64,000 nucleotides of DNA from an uncultured Methanosarcinales archaeon (GTDB taxonomy: Archaea; Nanobdellota; Nanobdellia; Woesearchaeales; ARS49): contig CAZWVL010000005.1 in the NCBI GenBank assembly GCA_964637115.1, positions 1-64,000 of the forward strand, given 5' to 3'. The position numbers and the translations under genes are program-made. Below the pieces are notes generated by a model. The model saw nothing but the letters and a program-made list of their open reading frames with translations, was not told the origin of the DNA and did not search any database. Below, piece after piece: positions 56,507 through 64,000 of this stretch. How positions within the stretch are numbered: position 1 is the stretch's first letter; each line of letters starts with the position of its first letter.

Positions 56507-57646
56507 TTAAGGCGAGTTGTAAGCTACTGCCGCTTGCGCGTCTATTCTTCCCCAGCCAAAGCTGGTGTCCTTGCCTGCTTTGCCAAGGTCTTTGGCTGTC
56601 TTAATCAAAGCTGTCTCGACTTGCGAAGCGCTGTAGCTTGGATGCGCTACTTTAATCATGGCAACTGTTCCTGAAACTACTGGTGTTGCCATGCTTGTTC
56701 CTGAGTAGCTGGCATAATTGCTTCCAAGCACGCTTGACCAGAGACTTACTCCTGGTGCAGTTACGTCAACTGCGCCTCCTCTTCCTGAGAAGCTTGCTAT
56801 CTTGTCAAGTTTGTCTACTGCGCCTACAGTTGTAGAGCTGCTGATGCAGCCTGGTATTGAGACTCCAGGATTGCCGCTATTTCCTGCCGCAACCACTACA
56901 AGCACTCCTTTGCTTCTTGCATAGTCGATTGCTGCTTTCATGTCTGGCATGACTGTGTCGCAAGTGCTTTTGTATAAGTATGGTGCTGAGCTTCCAAGCG
57001 ACATGCTGATTGCATCAACGCCTGACTCGTCTCCGGTGGCGTAAATGCCGTCTGGACCGTCGATTACCCAGTAAATTGCTGCTACTGAGTCTGAGAAGTA
57101 TCCGCCGCCTGCAGCGTCAAGTACTTTTGCTGAAACTATTCCTGCGTCTGGCGCGACTCCTTTTGCTTTCGAGTCTATTCCATCTGCTGTGATTATGCCT
57201 GCTACGTGGCTTCCGTGGCTGTTGTCGTCCATTGGATCATTATCGCCATTGACAAAGTCCTTGCCGCCCAAATAGCTTGAGCTGAGTTCTGGATGGTTGT
57301 AATTGTAACCGGTGTCTAGAATTGCTATTTTTCTTCCTGCACCCGTATTTCCTGCTGATTGTACAAGGTTTGCCTTGATTTGAGTGTTTGCTCCAGAATC
57401 AACGGCGTATAAGCGGATGTCTTCCTGCAGTCCGAGTTCTGTTGCAGTGCTTTCAGTGCATAGTAATGCAGTCATGCCGCGTGTCTCGCGTGCAATGCTG
57501 CAGCCTTGCGCAAGTGCTGCTTCAATTTCTTCTGCGCTGTGTGCAATGACTCGCTTGTCTTTGTCCTGCTTGGCAACTGCCACTGCAGAAAACACCAGAA
57601 TTGAAAATATTGTTAGTAAAAAAATCCAGCTTAGTTTAGTGTTCAT
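56507..57646 (-). CDS. Secreted S8 subtilisin-like serine peptidase
   Basis: Signal peptide plus short propeptide; catalytic ILDTG, HGSHVAG, GTSMATP; AAGN. Confidence 0.95.
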   Translation of the reverse strand: MNTKLSWIFLLTIFSILVFSAVAVAKQDKDKRVIAHSAEEIEAALAQGCSIARETRGMTALLCTESTATELGLQEDIRLYAVDSGANTQIKANLVQSAGNTGAGRKIAILDTGYNYNHPELSSSYLGGKDFVNGDNDPMDDNSHGSHVAGIITADGIDSKAKGVAPDAGIVSAKVLDAAGGGYFSDSVAAIYWVIDGPDGIYATGDESGVDAISMSLGSSAPYLYKSTCDTVMPDMKAAIDYARSKGVLVVVAAGNSGNPGVSIPGCISSSTTVGAVDKLDKIASFSGRGGAVDVTAPGVSLWSSVLGSNYASYSGTSMATPVVSGTVAMIKVAHPSYSASQVETALIKTAKDLGKAGKDTSFGWGRIDAQAAVAYNSP

Positions 57647-57705
57647 AGTAATCCTCCTTCTGAATTAAAAAGTCTGTGTTCGCTATTTAAAGGTTGTGTC
57701 TGACA

Positions 57706-57921
57706 TTACTTCATGCGCCGTACTTCTTTCCAGAGCTTGATAACCCATAGCCAGACCAGTAGTATCAGGCCGATGGAGAATATTAGCCATAATATTCCGT
57801 GCAGTGCTGAGCCGCCGTACATGCCGTCCATCATGCCTGCTCGTCCCGCTCTGCCCCAGTCTCCTGTTGGCTGCGCAACAACAGATGCTGCTGCCAGAAT
57901 TGCTGCCAATAATGCTTTCAT
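57706..57921 (-). CDS. Small membrane protein (Gly/Met-rich)
   Basis: SD GAGGTG; signal-like N-terminus, GMMDGMYGG, one TM. Confidence 0.6.
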   Translation of the reverse strand: MKALLAAILAAASVVAQPTGDWGRAGRAGMMDGMYGGSALHGILWLIFSIGLILLVWLWVIKLWKEVRRMK

Positions 57922-58013
57922 AAATATCACCTCTTTAGTATAATATCTCTTCAAAGTTTAAAACCTTAACCTTTTTAAACAGTGAAAGTATCTCAAAGTG
58001 AAAAGAGGCTTAA

Positions 58014-58391
58014 ATGGAAAAAATTGGAGTGGCATTGTTGGTTCTTATTGCGGTTGTTGCATTTATCGGTTTGGTAAACCTTGACACGAGCACTGGCCAG
58101 GTCTATTATACTTCTTACCAGTACAAGACTCAGATAGTTACTGGCAACATTCTGAACGCGCCAGCTGGCGAATACGTTTTAGGCGTTGCTGATGGAGTTC
58201 AGGTTGGTATTGGCGAGATTGCTAATGGCCAATATCAGATGACTGTTTCTGGATCTTGGAGAGAGCATTTGGGCATTGATGTTATGATTAACGGCCAGAC
58301 TTATTGCGCAACTATTCCTGTTGCGAGACTTCTTGACCCGAGTCAGATTATGTATGATGGCAGGGTTGCCTTAAGCATTGAGTGCGTGTAA
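58014..58391 (+). CDS. Secreted/membrane-anchored hypothetical protein (paralog family 2 of 3)
   Basis: N-terminal TM; ADGVQVGIG...YQMTVSGSW. Confidence 0.65.
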   Translation: MEKIGVALLVLIAVVAFIGLVNLDTSTGQVYYTSYQYKTQIVTGNILNAPAGEYVLGVADGVQVGIGEIANGQYQMTVSGSWREHLGIDVMINGQTYCATIPVARLLDPSQIMYDGRVALSIECV

Positions 58392-58398
58392 AACAAGT

Positions 58399-58884
58399 AT
58401 GAAGCATGCTATTGCGTTGGCATTGTTGGGATTGATTGCAGCAGTCGCTCTGGTTGGCTTGATTAATCTGGATTCGAAGACTGGTATGCAGTTTATTATC
58501 AGGGGAGATGTTGTGTTGAATGGCGGCATTTACGATCAGGATGGTTATGTTCTCTTTACTAAGCACCAGACGAGGTATCAAAAATTATACAATTCTATTG
58601 TTGCTGTTGCGCCGGATGGCAGGATTGTTGGCACTGGTCCTTTAAGTCCTGGACAGTATCAGCTGACGCTGTATGGTGATTGGAGAAATTATGACACTTT
58701 ATATCTTCAGATTGGATTTTATGATGCTGTAAGGCCTGAAAGAAACACTTTGTATGACTGCGCTCCTTTGAACACAGAGGAACTTCAGGGCAGGGCTGGA
58801 AGGAGGAGCAGTGTGAGAATTCCGATGGACTTGTACTGTAATGCGGAAACTTTGCAGAAAGCGTCGACGTTAAGGTATCGTTAA
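58399..58884 (+). CDS. Secreted/membrane-anchored hypothetical protein (paralog family 3 of 3)
   Basis: N-terminal TM; APDGRIVGTG...YQLTLYGDW. Confidence 0.65.
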   Translation: MKHAIALALLGLIAAVALVGLINLDSKTGMQFIIRGDVVLNGGIYDQDGYVLFTKHQTRYQKLYNSIVAVAPDGRIVGTGPLSPGQYQLTLYGDWRNYDTLYLQIGFYDAVRPERNTLYDCAPLNTEELQGRAGRRSSVRIPMDLYCNAETLQKASTLRYR

Positions 58885-59660
58885 AGGCTTTTTTTGGCTT
58901 TTTCCTGTTTTTGTTTTTCGTGTTCTTCTGTCATGGAATTGTAGAGAGAGCGTATTGTTTCTTGTTGTTCTTGCAGTTTTTTGTTCTTTAATGGCTTGTC
59001 GGAATCAATGAGCTCGATTGCGGTGCTTAATGCTCGGTATGCTTCATCTTTTTTTTCTTTGTCTTGTTTTAGGAAACTGAGCATGCTCAGTGTTTTATAA
59101 TGGTAAACGTGCGCGTCTGGTTCTTCTTTGTTTGATTCAACGTATTTTTTGATGTCTTTAAGGGCTGCCTCGATTCCTTCAATTATGAACGTGTTGTTTT
59201 CAGTTGAGAATGCCATGTATGAATTGTAGCGCGCAAGTCTGGTTTTTGGATCGTCATTTATTTCAATGGATTTTGTGAATGCACCTATTGCCATGGCATG
59301 CCAGCCCTGTTGCTGGCAGAGAATTCCTTTTGCGTAAAGTCCTTCTTTCGGATTTTTCTCGATTGACTTGTCTGCAAGTTCAAATGCTTTGAGCATCTGT
59401 CCAAGTTGCGAATGGCAGTATATTTGTTTTAGAATGCTGTCTGTTGGTTTGCTTTTTTCTGCTTGTTGGAATAAGTGCAGGGCTTCTTTGAGCAGATCAT
59501 ATCTTTCCAGTTCATTTGTTTCCTGTTCAGCTCTTTGTTCAAGTTCAAGGCCGTGGCTGTAGTGGTCTATTTTTTGTTCGAGTTTTGTTTCAGTGTTTTC
59601 TTTCGTCGCACAGCTGCCTAATAGAAGTGCTGCTGCCAGCCCCCACTCACGTAAGCCCAT
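58881..59660 (-). CDS. TPR-like lipoprotein
   Basis: LLLGSC lipobox; repeated helical A..LF..A / A...F.KSI / A...L..AI patterns. Confidence 0.65.
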   Translation of the reverse strand: MGLREWGLAAALLLGSCATKENTETKLEQKIDHYSHGLELEQRAEQETNELERYDLLKEALHLFQQAEKSKPTDSILKQIYCHSQLGQMLKAFELADKSIEKNPKEGLYAKGILCQQQGWHAMAIGAFTKSIEINDDPKTRLARYNSYMAFSTENNTFIIEGIEAALKDIKKYVESNKEEPDAHVYHYKTLSMLSFLKQDKEKKDEAYRALSTAIELIDSDKPLKNKKLQEQQETIRSLYNSMTEEHEKQKQEKAKKSL

Positions 59661-59705
59661 TTATAAGACGAGAAATCAGAGATTTATAAGGGTTGCGACA
59701 TATTT

Positions 59706-60848
59706 TTAGACGAATGCGAGAACTACGTTTGTTATCAATACTGCCAGTATTGCAAAGCTGACTGATTTCCAGATGGTGCTTGCGTGTTTGTGGTGCAGCC
59801 TGCCCTGCAGTGCTGTCAGGAACATTCTGCCGCCGTCAACCGGGCCTAATGGAATCAAATTGAACAATCCTACTCCTAGTGAAAGTAAGTACATCCAGAA
59901 GATTAGGTCTTTGAACCATAGAACAACGTGCGTGGCCCAGGTTGGCGCTTTCAATGGCTGGTCTATGAATACTCCTAGCCAGGCTCTTTTGTTGGTTGGA
60001 TTCTCTCCCAGAGTTATGTCTCTGACAGCATTGGACGTGACTACACTTATAGTGTCTCCTGGTGAAGAATCTTTCAAAGCATTGCTGAAGTCTGCTGTCT
60101 CTCTGATTGCCTGGCCGTTTATCTCGGTTATTTTATCGCCTATTATCATTCCTGCTTGTTGTGCTGGCGGGTTTCCGTCCATTAAGTCTGTTACAACAAC
60201 GCCGTCCTTTGAGTAGAAGGTATTGGTGAAAGGTGTAATGATTGTGAACATCAATAACATTAGCAATAATCCTGTTACGATGTTTGCTACTGGGCCTGCT
60301 GCGTAGACTGCCAGTTGTTTTTTGCGCGATGCTTGCATTAATTTTTTTTCGTCTGGCTCTACAAACGCTCCTGGAATCAATGGAATTAGTGCGCCAAGGA
60401 CAACTAGTCCTGAATTCTTGACCTTTAATCCATAAACGCGTGCCATGACGCCGTGCATTCCTTCGTGTATTATTAGTATGGCAAAAATGCTGATTATCCA
60501 GTAGAAAAAGGGCACGTAGAATACTCCTTTTGCTTTGAATGGCAGAACTACTCCAACAGTCGGCGTTGCAGTGCCGATTAGGATTTGTATGAGAGAGCGT
60601 GCGAGGTCAAATGTTACCAATGCCATTCCGATAAATCCTAAGCCGATTATCCAGGGTGTTGCGATTTCCCAGAAGCGTTTGTATTTTCTGGCAAGCCTGT
60701 CCATTGTGATTATGCCTGCCTGTGTTCTGTACATTGCTGCGTAGAATATGCCCCATCTGTGGAATGAAAGCTTGTGCCTGTTAACATACACGATTAGCGC
60801 AAGAACAATGACAAGGGAAATTGTTGCTGCTGTGTCCACAGAAACCAT
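59706..60848 (-). CDS. Site-2 protease (peptidase M50) with PDZ domain
   Basis: HEGMHG (HExxH), GAFVEPD, AGP, PDZ segment (PAQQAGMIIGDKI), NLIPLGPVDGG. Confidence 0.93.
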   Translation of the reverse strand: MVSVDTAATISLVIVLALIVYVNRHKLSFHRWGIFYAAMYRTQAGIITMDRLARKYKRFWEIATPWIIGLGFIGMALVTFDLARSLIQILIGTATPTVGVVLPFKAKGVFYVPFFYWIISIFAILIIHEGMHGVMARVYGLKVKNSGLVVLGALIPLIPGAFVEPDEKKLMQASRKKQLAVYAAGPVANIVTGLLLMLLMFTIITPFTNTFYSKDGVVVTDLMDGNPPAQQAGMIIGDKITEINGQAIRETADFSNALKDSSPGDTISVVTSNAVRDITLGENPTNKRAWLGVFIDQPLKAPTWATHVVLWFKDLIFWMYLLSLGVGLFNLIPLGPVDGGRMFLTALQGRLHHKHASTIWKSVSFAILAVLITNVVLAFV

Positions 60849-60919
60849 GGTTTTTGCATTGTCAATGGCTATATAATAAATGTTTGTTTTGGTTAGCCTG
60901 TTGACTTAGCTGAATAAGC

Positions 60920-61534
60920 TTATTTCAGGTTGTTCTTCTGAATGCAGTATTCTATAAAAGTCAGCATTGGAAGCACAATCACGTTATTTTGATATTTTAT
61001 TACTGCTACAAAATTCTCTCTTGCTGCCACGCTTATGCCGAATTGTATGCCGCCGTGCGGGATGTGCATGTGAACTGGGCTCGAGTCTCTTATTGCCTGC
61101 AGATATTCATCTGCAGTTCGGATATGTGTATGTGTTAGCTTTTCAACTTCTATGATTTCTGGCTGCCATATACCGGCGTGTGCTGTTCTGTAGAGTATCC
61201 GTCTTAATACGCTTTCGGCTTCTGCTTTCTGCAATGGGGTTCCCCCTGTGAAAATGCACATATCATCTTTACCTTGTTTTATTCCTTCCATTCGTGTTCC
61301 AAGCGCTTTTTTTGCAGGGTAGAACTCTTCAATCACTTTGATGTATCCGTCAGTGTATATCCCGTCTTTTATTTCGATACCTTTGCCTATAATTTCGTCT
61401 AATCCTCTTGGGTCTGGTGCAAATTTTACCTCTGGTTGCTTGGGTTTTTCAATTTCTTTTTCCGGGACATCTTTCCCTCTGATGTTGTAATCAATTGGGT
61501 GTTCTGGGTCCGCAAAAGGGTTTTTTGGTGTCAT
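60920..61534 (-). CDS. NPF-DPEHPIDY-leader protein D (unknown 204-aa protein)
   Basis: Starts MTPKNPFADPEHPIDYNIRGKDV; ATGA-coupled to the upstream gene. Confidence 0.8.
   Translation of the reverse strand: MTPKNPFADPEHPIDYNIRGKDVPEKEIEKPKQPEVKFAPDPRGLDEIIGKGIEIKDGIYTDGYIKVIEEFYPAKKALGTRMEGIKQGKDDMCIFTGGTPLQKAEAESVLRRILYRTAHAGIWQPEIIEVEKLTHTHIRTADEYLQAIRDSSPVHMHIPHGGIQFGISVAARENFVAVIKYQNNVIVLPMLTFIEYCIQKNNLK
61466..61534 (-). repeat. Leader repeat copy 4 (69 nt)
   Basis: atgacaccaaaaaacccttttgcggacccagaacacccaattgattacaacatcagagggaaagatgtc. Confidence 0.9.
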
Positions 61535-61839
61535 CTTAATTTATTATTCAGTGAGATGTTTTTATACAATTCAGTGATTTCAAGATTGCTGGTTTTTGTA
61601 ATGTTAAATTTTTCTTTTGTATCGATTATTATTTTGGATAAACAACTTTCAAAATAATCCAAGTGTTTAAAATATTTCATTTTTTCCAAATCAAGTTTTA
61701 CTTTTCCAATTAGACCTTCAAGGAAGGGTTTACTTTCTGGTTTGTTCTGTGGCTTTTCAACTTCGTTAGGAACGTCTTTCCCACAAATTCCATAATCAAT
61801 CGGATGTTCTGGGTCCGCAAATGGGTTTTTCGGAGTCAT
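61531..61839 (-). CDS. NPF-DPEHPIDY-leader protein C (102 aa, AT-rich body)
   Basis: True start MTPKNPF at 61839 (ATGA overlap); the first 19 aa of the listed ORF are the alternative frame of gene B. Confidence 0.7.
   Translation of the reverse strand: MTPKNPFADPEHPIDYGICGKDVPNEVEKPQNKPESKPFLEGLIGKVKLDLEKMKYFKHLDYFESCLSKIIIDTKEKFNITKTSNLEITELYKNISLNNKLR
61771..61839 (-). repeat. Leader repeat copy 3 (69 nt)
   Basis: atgactccgaaaaacccatttgcggacccagaacatccgattgattatggaatttgtgggaaagacgtt. Confidence 0.9.
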
Positions 61840-62591
61840 TTTTTTGTTCGTACCCCACGCGACGCCCTGCTGTCGTAGTAGCCGTAGACGTTGCACATGC
61901 CGTCGAAGTCGGCACGGCCAACAGGCCGCGCAGCACCATCAGGAGGCAAACTCATGCGCGCTTTGAAGTTGCCTTCACGCACCTCTTGTGGCAAATCCTT
62001 GAACTTCCGCCCATAGATGGCTTGAACCAAGTCATCACTGAATTCATCGAGTGGAATCCACGTGTTTGATTTTTTACCTGCAATGTCAAACTCCTGCTTG
62101 TCGACAAATTTGAAAGAGGAATTTTTCACGTACGTATTGCTGTTCCACACCAATCCTTCAGGGTCGAGATATGCGATGAGAATGTTTCCTTTGCGTTCGA
62201 ATGCCATGCTGAACCATTCGCCATAGCTTGATAACATATCGGCATGCATATTTCTGAATGAAGTATCTACGAGCTTTCCCTTTATACCATCCATGATAAG
62301 ACCAAGTGCTTCCTGAGGTCTCGGGTGACGCTCAAAGCCGGGCTCAAGGCCGTCTATGGTCAAGCGAACCAAACTGTTATTGAAATAGAACAACATCTTT
62401 TCTGATGCTCCTTGCTTACGACATGCAAGCGGCTCAAACTCAATACCCTTGTAAGAGGCTGTTACGATTCTGTTTTGCAGTGGAGTTTCAGGTTTTTCTT
62501 TCTCAGCATTTGCAGGTTCCTTCACATCCTTCCCTCTAATATTGTAATCTATCGGATGCTCTGGATCCTCGAATGGGTTTTTCGGAGTCAT
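61836..62591 (-). CDS. NPF-DPEHPIDY-leader protein B; probable CLec-like domain with DGR-type variable region
   Basis: Leader; GEW; C-terminal RPVGR...RASRGVR; 14 of 15 consecutive codons end in C at 61869-61913. Confidence 0.75.
   Translation of the reverse strand: MTPKNPFEDPEHPIDYNIRGKDVKEPANAEKEKPETPLQNRIVTASYKGIEFEPLACRKQGASEKMLFYFNNSLVRLTIDGLEPGFERHPRPQEALGLIMDGIKGKLVDTSFRNMHADMLSSYGEWFSMAFERKGNILIAYLDPEGLVWNSNTYVKNSSFKFVDKQEFDIAGKKSNTWIPLDEFSDDLVQAIYGRKFKDLPQEVREGNFKARMSLPPDGAARPVGRADFDGMCNVYGYYDSRASRGVRTKK
62523..62591 (-). repeat. Leader repeat copy 2 (69 nt)
   Basis: atgactccgaaaaacccattcgaggatccagagcatccgatagattacaatattagagggaaggatgtg. Confidence 0.9.
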
Positions 62592-63382
62592 TTCTTTCCT
62601 CTTGAGATTTTTTGCGCGCGTATGCCGATGGCTGGTCCCAAATAGGTCATATCGGCAGTGGCTTTGATTCTGAACTGGCCAATGCCGGCTTCTCCCATGA
62701 TGACAGCAAGCTCAGTTGTTTCTTGCGGCGTCTTGTCAAGGCGCCAAAGGTACGTGTCGTAACCGCTTATCCAATGATAAACATCATTGATTTCTTCTAG
62801 GTTGTCTGTGCCGAGTATTGCTTTGCAAGCTTTTCTGCCATGCTTGGAGGTTTTCAACCATTCGTCTGGACCTATGATATTCTCGATTAATCTTTCAGTA
62901 GGAAGGTTATGTGCCACGTGATCAGGCGGGCCTATGTGTGCGTAATACGTGACGCTGGAAAGCGTGTACACCACATTCCGGTCAAACGTATCGTGCAGGA
63001 AAGTCCTGACTTTCTCCATCAATCCTTTGTGTTGTGCAACGTCTTTGTTCCGGTAGAGTGCTGTGAACAATGCGTGATACATCGGTGCAGAAACCAGCGC
63101 AAAGACTTTGTCTTTTGCAGCTTTCTTAGAGTAAGCAAGCCAACCGTCGTGATTATACTTCGCGCCTCCCAAAAGAAGCTCTTTGGCAATATCGATAACA
63201 TAAGTGTCGTTCTTGAACGGTACACCGTAAACGCGATATTTCTCAGCGAAGTCCTCAAGGCTGAATACGGAAGATGACGGTGCAGGTTCTCTTTTCTCAA
63301 CCTTTGCCTCCTTCACGTCCTTCCCTCTAATATTGTAATCAATCGGGTGTTCCGGGTCCGCGAAAGGATTGTTTATAGGCAT
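62588..63382 (-). CDS. NPF-DPEHPIDY-leader protein A (264 aa; possible CLec-like C-terminus)
   Basis: MPINNPFADPEHPIDYNIRGKDV; ends LAVIMG...FRIKA...GPAIGIR; overlaps the VWA stop by 10 bp. Confidence 0.8.
   Translation of the reverse strand: MPINNPFADPEHPIDYNIRGKDVKEAKVEKREPAPSSSVFSLEDFAEKYRVYGVPFKNDTYVIDIAKELLLGGAKYNHDGWLAYSKKAAKDKVFALVSAPMYHALFTALYRNKDVAQHKGLMEKVRTFLHDTFDRNVVYTLSSVTYYAHIGPPDHVAHNLPTERLIENIIGPDEWLKTSKHGRKACKAILGTDNLEEINDVYHWISGYDTYLWRLDKTPQETTELAVIMGEAGIGQFRIKATADMTYLGPAIGIRAQKISRGKK
63314..63382 (-). repeat. Leader repeat copy 1 (69 nt)
   Basis: atgcctataaacaatcctttcgcggacccggaacacccgattgattacaatattagagggaaggacgtg. Confidence 0.9.
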
Positions 63383-64000
63383 CTTGCCACCTGTTTGTAC
63401 TTGTCGCTCGCCACTTTTACCATGAGTTTGGCCAAGTCATCATTTTTGCCAACGTAGTAGACTGCCACTCCCCAAGATTCGAGGTCTTCGCTGAACTGGT
63501 TTTTGCCTCCTATTTGTATGTGTGCAGTTGAGCATTGCTGTGCAAGTGTTTTGTAGTCATCTTTGATGCTTTCCCAGTTGCCTATTGCTCCGTCTGATAA
63601 CGTCAGCAAAAATGTTTCTTCTTTCACTCGTTCTTTTAATTTGTTGATGTCGAGTGTTGTTACGCCCCATTGTGGTGTTAACAGAACTTTGTGCGCTTCT
63701 TGTCCGCTTCCTGCAATTGTTTCTGAGCTGAAGTTTACAACTCCTGCATCCACGTATGGTGCTATGTGCTGCTGTTGCAGGTATCTTTCTATGCCGTAGT
63801 ATCCTAAGAGTGCGTAGTGGTATTTGCTTTTGTCTCCCCAGGGAATGAATGCCTTATTTCCGACGTTTTCTGTATTATTAGGAGCCAGTTCCATGCTTCC
63901 GCTGGAGTCTATGACTGCCAGCCTGAAGTTTGGGAATTTCTTGATATTGTGCTTGTATACTTGTTCTGTTTCTATCCAGCCCCTGTTCACCATTAATCCT
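63373..64000 (-). CDS. VWA-domain protein (5'-truncated by the window edge)
   Basis: AVIDSSGSM MIDAS motif (DxSxS), VVNFSSET, LTLSDG, IQIG; frame stays open past 63993 to the window end. Confidence 0.85.
   Translation of the reverse strand, partial: GLMVNRGWIETEQVYKHNIKKFPNFRLAVIDSSGSMELAPNNTENVGNKAFIPWGDKSKYHYALLGYYGIERYLQQQHIAPYVDAGVVNFSSETIAGSGQEAHKVLLTPQWGVTTLDINKLKERVKEETFLLTLSDGAIGNWESIKDDYKTLAQQCSTAHIQIGGKNQFSEDLESWGVAVYYVGKNDDLAKLMVKVASDKYKQVARCL

Noticed and set aside
59706-60848. M50 protease as part of the leader-array operon (leader cleavage)
   Set aside because: Separated by 71 nt containing its own TATA-like box; the leader proteins lack TM segments; M50-PDZ is a common housekeeping gene
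61517-61522. NPF as a mimic of the eukaryotic EH-domain ligand
   Set aside because: A tripeptide match is uninformative, and no EH-domain partner is expected here
61466-63382. CRISPR array or integron attC sites from the four 69-nt repeats
   Set aside because: Repeats are coding, vary mainly at synonymous positions, are non-palindromic and are spaced 305-791 nt apart
861-63799. Roughly 150 short or antisense ORFs in the six-frame track (e.g. 41767-42564, 2508-3020, 8197-8754, 47610-48128)
   Set aside because: They lie within or opposite well-supported genes and show no recognisable motifs; treated as shadow ORFs
1-64000. DGR template repeat or reverse transcriptase, transposases, integrases, rRNA/tRNA
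   Set aside because: No second copy of the VR-like tract and no RT, DDE, HUH or tyrosine-recombinase motifs seen in the window

Overview
Archaeal DNA, most consistent with a DPANN lineage such as Woesearchaeota. This is inferred from the AglB oligosaccharyltransferase, geranylgeranyl reductase, COG1361 S-layer-family protein, tandem-domain Lrp regulator and TATA-box promoters about 20-28 nt before the ATG. No marker gene here fixes the taxonomy. Positions 1-42.7 kb form one large, strand-alternating surface-glycosylation island. It contains 8 GT4 and 6 GT2 glycosyltransferases, 3 GT-C-like membrane proteins, AglB, an AglH/GPT-like enzyme, 2 flippases, 3 SAM methyltransferases and nucleotide-sugar enzymes. 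It also holds a module of CysD/CysN, a YIDPGTGS membrane peptide and three alkaline-phosphatase-superfamily lipoproteins. Positions 42.7-60.8 kb carry housekeeping and accessory genes: a divergent Prs, an MBL hydrolase, an aspartic-protease pair, a PadR-ABC-COG1361 operon, a subtilase flanked by three paralogous secreted proteins, and an M50 protease. The standout is 60.9-64 kb. A truncated VWA/MIDAS gene is followed by four translationally coupled genes that share a 23-aa N-terminal leader (MxxxNPFxDPEHPIDYxIxGKDV) conserved at protein level, with bodies that show no evident mutual similarity. One ends in a tract with the codon signature of a diversity-generating-retroelement variable region. 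No rRNA, tRNA, CRISPR array, transposase or reverse transcriptase was recognised. Two intergenic regions are densely structured and unexplained. Family assignments rest on motif recognition by eye; no database searches were run.
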